NCBI GenBank assembly: GCA_044223005.1
Contig: JBGAML010000014.1
Location: 59,854 to 123,853, forward strand
Length of the DNA: 64,000 nt
Direction: 5' to 3'
From: Candidatus Eiseniibacteriota bacterium
GTDB lineage: Bacteria; Eisenbacteria; RBG-16-71-46
Positions within the stretch are counted from its first letter, which is position 1. Every line of letters begins with the position of its first letter. Of the stretch, positions 57,801-64,000 are shown piece by piece. A program made the position numbers and the translations under genes. The notes below the pieces were generated by a model that saw nothing but the letters and a program-made list of their open reading frames with translations, did no database searches and was not told where the DNA came from.

Positions 57801-58190
57801 GTCCCGCCAGTGGCACTCCACGAGCCCGGTCGCCGGTGCCGGCACCGGCATCGCCTGCGCGATGCCCGCACGCTCGAGCGGCCCAAGCACGCGGCGCGCG
57901 CCCGCCCCGCCGTACCACCCCATGCGGAAGATCTCGAGCGTGTACTGCGAGTCGGGCGTGCTCACGAAGAAGCGGATCGTGTCGCCGCGCGCCACGCTCG
58001 TGCGCGAGGCGTAGCCCTCGATCTCGTGCTGGCGAGCCGGATCGAACAACCGCCAGTTCGGCGTGCCCGGCCTGGCGTTCTCGTCCTGGATCACGTTCGC
58101 GTCCGCACGCGCGGGCGTCACGAGCAACGCGAGGGCGAGCAGGAGGCACGCGGGCATCCGGAGCGAGGTGCGGCGCACGGGCGGCTTCAT
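54834..58190 (-). CDS. Secreted multidomain protein: N,N-dimethylformamidase-beta-like domain, IPT/TIG, 8 repeats, FlgD-Ig/T9SS-like tail
   Basis: ENARPG, IEGYAS, GWYGG.GAR, TWQAYN.WGG.SLY, VSFDRPY, GHDEYWS, FFSGN; DGAGGAIVAW repeats; WPNPF..YDVAGRRVR..WDGR..GVYFVRL. Confidence 0.88.
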   Translation of the reverse strand: MKPPVRRTSLRMPACLLLALALLVTPARADANVIQDENARPGTPNWRLFDPARQHEIEGYASRTSVARGDTIRFFVSTPDSQYTLEIFRMGWYGGAGARRVLGPLERAGIAQAMPVPAPATGLVECHWRDPFELAVPDDPGDPTEWASGVYLVRLTAGTTGRQSFIPFVVRDDARFSEFLFPCSVTTWQAYNAWGGESLYQSRMFSPAEPDADGARKVSFDRPYAHTDLVQPDYDTARGAGQFLSYEYHMVRFLEREGVDVAYCTSLDVHHGFPLAPAHRTFLSIGHDEYWSWEMRRNVEAARDRGDNLAFFSGNTCYWQFRLEPSTTGDSDRTMACYKGHALTEDPLWGTSLTSDRWRDRYPGMPEDDLIGVMYAFGGQNMSQPLVIQDASHWACAGTGLESGDVLSRIVGNEADRVVNNTRNVRVIGHSFVPPQYCQDGWLVPCVPYADVTSYTAESGAQVFAAGSIFWSLGVDDYGVSPHDSRLDPRVQQITRNVFDCFRGAATGLSAAFGDTGATVLVTGRGLSATTAVRFGDAAAEFTVQGDTLVAARVPAGAGAGRIRLANACGTLATDERFDPPGWPLDGRPVARASGDESDPVAVADGAGGAIVAWVDRRGADADVYVQRLRADGQPLWPEGGVALRTVVGDASAPAIASDGAGGAIVAWRDGRAAPEIGLFAQRVDSAGVVRWSEGGVALATGAADVRPPALVADGAGGAIVAWAEARDGLAGIVLQALASTGTVRWPGGVPATAAAAATPEAPALVADGAGGAIVAWSDHRGGNDADIHAQRFDADGAPRWMPDGAALSLAPGEQARPIAVVDGAGGAVVAWEDRRTPVARLFVQRVDSTGAALWAVDGVAADSGLADVQDAAITGDGAGGAILAWSDRRGGVDRDAFAQHVDSAGVARWSAAGGPVSMAVHDQVHPVLASDEQGGAVIAWEDHRSANTDVYAQHLDARGAPLWSEGAKPVCSAARDQVRPTIAARGAGETLVAWRDARDADSLGRIYAADPAQGSAVAGVGPGPLSDRAVSAAWPNPFRRDVSLAFELARGAMVRLEVYDVAGRRVRARPAERLAAGRHTWTWDGRGDDGHALRAGVYFVRLTGLAHAVTRAVVRVD
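55190..56400 (-). repeat. Eight ~55-aa coding repeats (P....DGAGGAIVAW.D.R....D.Y.QR), probable beta-propeller
   Basis: Eight copies visible in the translation, the last two degenerate; boundaries approximate. Confidence 0.85.
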
Positions 58191-58641
58191 CGAACTCCGT
58201 GATCGCGCCGGCCACGGCCTGCGACGACTTCCGGTGTCGCTCGGGCTCCCGGGCGGCCTTCGCCGGGGTCACACGGCGTCCGCCTCGAGCGCGACGCGTC
58301 CGGGTCGCTTCACCGCCCCGGGCCCTTCCCACCGTGCGGGCGCGAGTCTAGGAGCCCCCGGTGCGTAGCGTCGAGCGCGCGATCCCTCGCCGGGAGCGCC
58401 GCCCGGCGCGATCGCATCACGGCGCTCGGCCCCCAAAAGCGAGCCGGCGGCCGCCGGAACGAGGTGTCCGGATCGTGGCCGCCGGTCTCTTGCGAGCGCG
58501 ACTTGCGTGCTCGCGGGTGCCCGCTCTCACGCGGGCTCGGTATGCCTCAGCTGTCGGAACGCGCGCTCGTGCGCGCGGAGACCTTCCTCATGCTCGCGCC
58601 TCCAGGCCGAAAGCGAACTGCGAGGGATCGGGCCACTGCAT

Positions 58642-59154
58642 CTAAGCGATCCGGGAATCGAGCGAGTCCAGGGGTGCCCCGGCACTCTCCGTGAGAGCCA
58701 CTCGGGCCACCGCCCCCGAATTCACCAGCTGCACGTCGTGGTTGGTGAGCAGCACGAAGAACTCCCACCCGCGCTGGTTCAGGAAATCGCTGACCCGCTG
58801 CGTGGGACGCTCCAATGGCATCCAGACGCGACCCGTTACCGAAGTGCCGTCGGACAGCCATACCTCTCCCTCCTCTTCCCGCCACGGAAGGAAACCACGG
58901 TTGAAGACATCGCTCAGGAGTGCATTCGGCCCCGCGGTGACACGCGTCAGCCTCGACTTGTGGAAGAGGTGCACGCGGCCCTCGGGACCCATGGCGACAG
59001 GAAGGAAACGCAACGTCTCGTTCAGCTTCGCGAGAATGGTCTGGTGGTGCACCCCCGTGGGATCGAGGTCGAGGAACACGTCGCCGGTGAAGGCGGGGAA
59101 GTCCGAAGACCAGAGCGTGACCGGCACGCGGCGCTTGGGGATGTACTGATCCAT
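58642..59154 (-). CDS. Hypothetical protein with two short beta-domains (DUF6812-like)
   Basis: AAGGAG RBS; duplicated unit G.V......R..D.LN....F; somewhat lower GC. Confidence 0.75.
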   Translation of the reverse strand: MDQYIPKRRVPVTLWSSDFPAFTGDVFLDLDPTGVHHQTILAKLNETLRFLPVAMGPEGRVHLFHKSRLTRVTAGPNALLSDVFNRGFLPWREEEGEVWLSDGTSVTGRVWMPLERPTQRVSDFLNQRGWEFFVLLTNHDVQLVNSGAVARVALTESAGAPLDSLDSRIA

Positions 59155-59263
59155 GTCGAGTCGCTCCTTCCCCTGCGGGACGCGGGGCGCGCGTTCGAGT
59201 CGGGTCGCCGCCCCGCGTCGTTCCCTGGTAGCCGTGGGTCACGACAGCTCGTTCGCGAACATG

Positions 59264-59280
59264 TGCATCGGCCCTGCCAA
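59264..59280 (-). promoter_or_regulatory. sigma54 (-24/-12) promoter
   Basis: Minus strand TTGGCAGGGCCGATGCA = GG-N10-GC, about 110 nt upstream of the 59154 start. Confidence 0.65.
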
Positions 59281-59499
59281 TCCCCCCTGCGCCGTTCGTG
59301 CTGCACGAAAACCCGAAAAAAACCGGGATTCCGGCAGGGGTCCGCGGGCCGCGCCGGCCGCAGCGGCGTGCACCGTGCACGCGCGGGCGCGCGAGGCGCG
59401 GGCGAATTGCGTGCGGGCGTCCGGCGCGAACCGCGGCCGAACCGGAGGGCGGCCCCGACCCGGTGCCCGGGCGCACGAAGTGCTCTAGACTGGTTCGCC

Positions 59500-60861
59500 A
59501 TGCCGACGCTCCTCTCCCGCAGTCCCGAGCTTCCCCGCCCGCACCGCGCGCGCGCGAACGTCGCGATCCCGTGGGAAGCGCTCGCGATGTTCGCGGTGGC
59601 CCTCGCGCTGCGCGCCGCGTACACCACGCTGGCGCAGGGACCGCACGCGGTGCCCACGCACGACGAGGTCGACTACGACGCACTCGCGTGGAACCTCGCG
59701 CAGGGGCTCGGTTACAAGCTGCCCGGTGCGTCGGGGCTCTACGCGACGGCGTTCCGCCCGCCCGTGCTCGCGTTCGTGACGAGCCTGCTCTACCGCGTGA
59801 GCGGGCATTCGTACTTCGCGGCGCTGCTGCTGCAGTGCGTCTTCGGCGCGCTGATCCCGCTCGCGCTCGCGGCGTTCGCCCGGGCGACGTGGGGCAGCAC
59901 CGTCGCGCGCTGGGCCGGCTGGATCGCCGCCGTGAACCCGCTGCTCGTCTTCTTCAGCGGCTACCTGCTCACCGAGACGCTGTTCGCGCTCGTGATGCTG
60001 CTCGCGCTCGGCGCCACCGTCGACTGGATCAAGACGCCGCGGCCGGGCCGCGCCCTCGGAACGGGCCTGCTCTGGGGGCTGGCGATCCTCACCCGCCCGA
60101 ACGCGCTGATGATGCCGCTGCTGATCGCGATCTGGGCGTGGTTCCCGCTCGGGCTCACGATCGCGTCACGGGATCGCCTGCGGCAGCTGGCGATGCTGGC
60201 GCTCGGGGTCGTGCTCGCCGTGGGACCGTGGACGCTGCGCAACGCGCGCGAGCTGCACGCGTTCGTGCCGGTCACGACCGGCGGCGGCAAGGCGCTGCTC
60301 GACGCCAACAACCCGCTCGTCTGGGACGATCCCGGCCACCGCGGCGGCGCGCTGAGCGTCTACGCGATCGAGCCGTGGGCGTCGCGCTACAAGGGGCTCG
60401 ACGAAGTGCGCGCCGACCGGCTCTCGGGCGAGATGGCGCGCGACTTCGTGCGCTCGCGGCGGCCGCAGTGGCCGCAGATGGCGCTCGCCAAGCTCGCGCG
60501 CTTCTGGCGCCTGCGCTCCGAGGGCGGCTCGCTCACCGGGCGCTGGGGCGGCACGGGCGGCCCGATCGGCGCGCTGCTCGCGGTGCTCGATCCGCTGCTG
60601 GTGTGGTCGCTGCTCGCGCTGCCGCTCGCCCTGGCCGGCATCGTCGCGACCCTCGCGAGCGCCAAGCGGCTCTTCCTCTCGCTGCCGCTGCTCACGATCG
60701 CCGCGTTCACCGCGAGCGCCGTCGTCTACTGGGGCGCGCTGCGCATGCGCGTCCCGATCGAGCCGCTCGTCGCGCTCTTCACCGCGGTCGGGATCGACGC
60801 GCTGGTCACGCGATGGCGCTTCCGCCGGCGCGGCCTCGCGGTGGTGCCGGGCGGGCGCTGA
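59500..60861 (+). CDS. GT-C membrane glycosyltransferase (ArnT/PMT-like)
   Basis: DE.DY..LA.NL..G.G, FRPP, LLTETLF, LTRPN, PWTLRN, R.RVPIEP. Confidence 0.85.
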   Translation: MPTLLSRSPELPRPHRARANVAIPWEALAMFAVALALRAAYTTLAQGPHAVPTHDEVDYDALAWNLAQGLGYKLPGASGLYATAFRPPVLAFVTSLLYRVSGHSYFAALLLQCVFGALIPLALAAFARATWGSTVARWAGWIAAVNPLLVFFSGYLLTETLFALVMLLALGATVDWIKTPRPGRALGTGLLWGLAILTRPNALMMPLLIAIWAWFPLGLTIASRDRLRQLAMLALGVVLAVGPWTLRNARELHAFVPVTTGGGKALLDANNPLVWDDPGHRGGALSVYAIEPWASRYKGLDEVRADRLSGEMARDFVRSRRPQWPQMALAKLARFWRLRSEGGSLTGRWGGTGGPIGALLAVLDPLLVWSLLALPLALAGIVATLASAKRLFLSLPLLTIAAFTASAVVYWGALRMRVPIEPLVALFTAVGIDALVTRWRFRRRGLAVVPGGR

Positions 60862-60873
60862 CGCGCCCGCCGT

Positions 60874-62205
60874 TCAGCGTACGACGACGATGCGCTGCTG
60901 GTGCGTGCCCAGCGTCGTCTCGACGCGGGCGTAGTAGACGCCCGAGTTCGTGCGCGCGAGCACGCTCGCCGGGATCGCCACGGCCGTCCGGCCCGCGGCG
61001 AATCGCCCCTCCGCCAGATCGGCGACACGCCGGCCCGTCACGTCGTAGAGCGTGACGCGCCCGCTCGCCTCCGCGGGCAGCGCCAGTTCGAGCGTGCCGG
61101 CGTCGCGCATGGGATTCGGCCAGGCGCGCACGCCCAGCACCGCGAACGGTTCCGGGGTGCCCCACGGACCGCGGTGGAGGTTCTCGGGCACCAGCACGAA
61201 CGCGCGGCCCACGCCGTCCTTCGTGCCCATGCCGATGATGACGCCGTCCTCGTTGATCCCGGTCGCCGCCTCGAGCGTCCAGCCCGAGCCCTCGGGAATG
61301 CGCGTGTTCAAGTCGGTGATCGTGCCGTCGGCGAAGAGCGTGGCGACCATCGCGCCGCTCGCGGCGTACGAGAAGCCGACCGCGCGGCCGGCGTCGTCGA
61401 GGTCGTAGGCCACGCTGTGCCCGCCGGGGAGCGCGCCGAGGTCGTGCGCGAGCCCGTCGCGCCAGAGCACCGCGTGGAAGTGTGGCGGGCCCTCGCCCGC
61501 GAACGAATAGCCCACCGCGTCGCCCCGCGCATTGATCGCGTACGCCTTGCTGCCCGGGATGTCCAGCTCCGGCAGCGGACGCACCGCGAGGCCGTCGTAG
61601 AGGAACGCGCGGGTCGCGCCGGCGGATTCGGACAGGTAGCCGACGATCACGCCGGCGTCGTTGATGTCGTTGGCCTGGCCGCCGGTCGTGGGCGAGAGTG
61701 GCAGCGGCTGCATGCCGAGGGCCGGCGACCACGCGAACGGCACCTGCACGCGCGCATCGTCGACCGCGCTCGCGCCGACCACGACCTGCGACGCGTTGAG
61801 TGCGAGCGCCATGCTCCACGTGCCGCCGAGCGTCCCGAGGTCCTGCATGTGGCCGTCGGCGTAGAGGAACGCGTGCCGGTTCGCGTCCGGCAGCCGCGCC
61901 CAGCCGACCACGCGTCCGTCGCGATCGACGGCGTTGGCGAGGCTGGCGTCGCCGCCGAGCGTGCCGAGGTCGTGGAGCACGCCCTGCGAGAACAGCACGG
62001 CGTGCGGCTGCGAGGGGCCCACGAGCTGGTAGCCGGCGACGAAACCGTCGAGCGTGAGGCCGTTGGCGGCACTGCCGCCGGGCGCGCCGCCCAGGTCGAT
62101 CACGCGGTAGCCGTCCGCGGCGAGCGCGGGGCACGCCGCGGCCACCGCGAACAGCAGCGCGGCGGCGAGTGAAGCGCGAGCGGGATGGAAGAGCCCACGT
62201 TCCAT
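60874..62205 (-). CDS. Secreted HAF-repeat protein with C-terminal sorting-like domain
   Basis: Repeats HAFLY...DLGTLGG..S.A..IN..G.VVG; tail WPNP..LYDVTGRRVA..SGVYY. Confidence 0.88.
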   Translation of the reverse strand: MERGLFHPARASLAAALLFAVAAACPALAADGYRVIDLGGAPGGSAANGLTLDGFVAGYQLVGPSQPHAVLFSQGVLHDLGTLGGDASLANAVDRDGRVVGWARLPDANRHAFLYADGHMQDLGTLGGTWSMALALNASQVVVGASAVDDARVQVPFAWSPALGMQPLPLSPTTGGQANDINDAGVIVGYLSESAGATRAFLYDGLAVRPLPELDIPGSKAYAINARGDAVGYSFAGEGPPHFHAVLWRDGLAHDLGALPGGHSVAYDLDDAGRAVGFSYAASGAMVATLFADGTITDLNTRIPEGSGWTLEAATGINEDGVIIGMGTKDGVGRAFVLVPENLHRGPWGTPEPFAVLGVRAWPNPMRDAGTLELALPAEASGRVTLYDVTGRRVADLAEGRFAAGRTAVAIPASVLARTNSGVYYARVETTLGTHQQRIVVVR

Positions 62206-62329
62206 GTCGTCTCCCCTGTGCGAATCCCGGCCTTCCGGAGGCCACCCGGAGAGGTCGCGATGGCGCTCCGGCGGGCATCCTACCCCGCACGACCGCCCGG
62301 TCGACCGGAAAAAGGATGCGAACGGCCGA

Positions 62330-64000
62330 TCAGGGATTCGCGGGAACGCGCACGGGGCGGCCGGACCACGCCCGCCAGGACCCGCGCACCACGGCCTCGG
62401 CCGGCCGTCCCCGCGGCGTGAACGAGGCCTCGTCCGGGCTGCCCGGGAGGTCGGCGCTCGACCACTTCCACCAGAAGAGCCCCGCGAGCCAGTCGGGCCC
62501 GGTGGCGGCGTCCACGAGCGCCTGCGTGCACGCCCGCTGCGCCTCGGGGTCGGCGGCGCCGCGGCCCTCCTCCCACGGCCGCACGGCGGCGCCCGGCGTC
62601 GCCGAATAGCCGGCCTCGGCGAGCAGCACCGGCCGGCCGAAGCGCCTCGCGAGCGCGCCGAGGCCGTCGAGTGCGCGCCGCGCTCCGGCGCGCAGGACGG
62701 CCGGGTCGCGGCCCGGCTGCGCCGCGAGCGGGGCGTAGAACGACACCGCGATCACGTCGAGCGCGTCCCAGAACGGCACGCGGGCGGCCTCGTCCCAGTT
62801 CGCGCAGTACGTGAGCGTCCCGCCGTAAACCGCTCGGGCGTCGCCGATCCACTCCCGCCAGATGCGCGGGTTCCGGGCCGTGAAGCTCGGCAGCTCGTGC
62901 CCGATCGCGAGGCCCTCGATGCGCTCTCGATCGGCCAGCAGTGCGTAGTGGAGCGAGAACTCGCCGTAGCGCGCCTCGAACGCGGTCCAACCGCTGGCGG
63001 AGAACCCGAGTTCGCCCGGCCACGCGCGCGACCACAGTTGCGGCACGAGCCACACGCGCATCCCGAGCGCGTGCGCGCGCGCGGCGGCCTCGCACACCGC
63101 TTCGTCGCTCTCCTCTTCCTCGCCGCCCTCGGCGCTCGTCCAGAGTTCGGGACTGCCGTCGCCGGGCACGTAGCCGAACGGCGAGAGCGACACCCACGCG
63201 GCGCCCGCGTCGTGCAGCGTGCGTAGCGTCCGCGCGCAGGCCGCGGACAGGTAGCCCGCCTCGAGCCGCACCTCGTGCGCGAGGCACACGCCACGCGCGA
63301 AGCCGTCCGCGGGGCGCCACGGTGCGGGCCGGTGCGCCATCCAGCCCGCGCGCCCGGCACGCGCGAGCGAATCCGCGAGCACGCGATAGCGCTGCGTCAC
63401 GCGCGGCGCGGCGACGCCCGCGGCCGCGCAGAGGCTGTCGAGCGTGCCGGGCGGATCGCGCCGCAGCAGCGCCAGCAGCGCGGCCGGCCGGCGCGCCGGC
63501 GGCGCGGCCTCCCATACGGCGCGCGCCAGCACGGCGCGCGCAGGCGTCCACACGAGCGCCGAGCGCCAGTACGGCGCGCGCGTCGCCGCCTCGGCCGCGC
63601 CGGGCAGAGCGCGCCCGTAGTAGGCGCGCGCGATCGCCCGCTCGAGCGGCTCGCCGCCCCAGCGGCCGGCGAGCCACGCGCCCGCAGGCTCCAGGAGCCG
63701 CGATTCGCGCGTGGCACCGAGCGCGACCAGCCGCGCGGACGCGAGTGCCCAGAGGTCCGGCGCCTCGCGCCCGGCGGCGAGACCGACGTGCGCGGCGCCC
63801 GCCTCGTCGACGTGCTCGGGCCGCGTGACGCGCGTCACCATGCCCTTCTCCTCGAGCGTGCGATAGAGCGTGAGCGACGCGCTGCGCCCGCGCGGCGCGG
63901 CGAGGCCGCGCGCGTCCAGGCGCGCGAGCAGCGCGCGGCCCGCGGCCAGCGTCGCGGCGGCGCCAGGCGTGCCCGGCGCGGCGCGCAGCACGAGCGCGCC
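62330..64000 (-). CDS. GH113/GTA-like TIM-barrel glycoside hydrolase domain protein (5' end outside the window)
   Basis: IGHEL, LTYCANWD, FWDALD.I.V.FYAPL, PVLLAEAGY, GLFWWKW, FTPRG.PAE. Confidence 0.8.
   Translation of the reverse strand, partial: GALVLRAAPGTPGAAATLAAGRALLARLDARGLAAPRGRSASLTLYRTLEEKGMVTRVTRPEHVDEAGAAHVGLAAGREAPDLWALASARLVALGATRESRLLEPAGAWLAGRWGGEPLERAIARAYYGRALPGAAEAATRAPYWRSALVWTPARAVLARAVWEAAPPARRPAALLALLRRDPPGTLDSLCAAAGVAAPRVTQRYRVLADSLARAGRAGWMAHRPAPWRPADGFARGVCLAHEVRLEAGYLSAACARTLRTLHDAGAAWVSLSPFGYVPGDGSPELWTSAEGGEEEESDEAVCEAAARAHALGMRVWLVPQLWSRAWPGELGFSASGWTAFEARYGEFSLHYALLADRERIEGLAIGHELPSFTARNPRIWREWIGDARAVYGGTLTYCANWDEAARVPFWDALDVIAVSFYAPLAAQPGRDPAVLRAGARRALDGLGALARRFGRPVLLAEAGYSATPGAAVRPWEEGRGAADPEAQRACTQALVDAATGPDWLAGLFWWKWSSADLPGSPDEASFTPRGRPAEAVVRGSWRAWSGRPVRVPANP

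Noticed and set aside
58191..58641. Riboswitch in the long region upstream of the DMFase-like gene
   Set aside because: Only generic GC-rich stems; I recognise no aptamer consensus. An Rfam scan would settle it.
1..64000. Many long overlapping ORFs (for example 2035-4668 -, 20860-23970 -, 25098-28010 +, 41604-44342 -, 55326-58202 +)
   Set aside because: They are Arg/Ala/Pro-rich shadow frames of real genes, expected at this GC content, with no motifs.
1..64000. CRISPR array, tRNA, rRNA or transposase/integrase
   Set aside because: No regularly spaced repeats with unique spacers, no cloverleaf or rRNA signatures, and no recognisable recombinase.

Overview
A very GC-rich bacterial chromosomal window with about 55 credible genes; most long ORFs in the track are Arg/Ala/Pro-rich shadow frames. 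Three secreted proteins carry FlgD-Ig/T9SS-like C-terminal domains, which suggests an FCB-affiliated lineage such as Ca. Eisenbacteria (inference). The first 23 kb is an anaerobic energy-conservation cluster: iorAB, a domain-swapped ADP-forming acyl-CoA synthetase, an Old Yellow Enzyme, a divergent ferredoxin plus three-subunit 2-oxoacid:ferredoxin oxidoreductase operon, an apbE-rnfCDGEAB-korAB operon and acs. Its RnfA has an unusual ~124-aa N-terminal extension. The rest holds peptidases (S9, M29, M3/M2), a permuted flavoprotein-membrane-Fe-S fusion, a cold-shock gene, an FKBP, a diheme cytochrome pair, an SdpR-like operon, an ABC-F protein, an orphan tandem BMC shell gene, an AAA/winged-helix ATPase, glycan-related secreted proteins and two lower-GC orphan genes. 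Signals outside the ORF track: a 32-aa very basic small ORF, a ~150-nt structured 6S-like RNA candidate, two loop-less 36-bp palindromes with the same core, a sigma54 promoter and several apparently leaderless genes. I found no rRNA, tRNA, CRISPR array or transposase. All family calls come from motif recognition by eye, not database searches.
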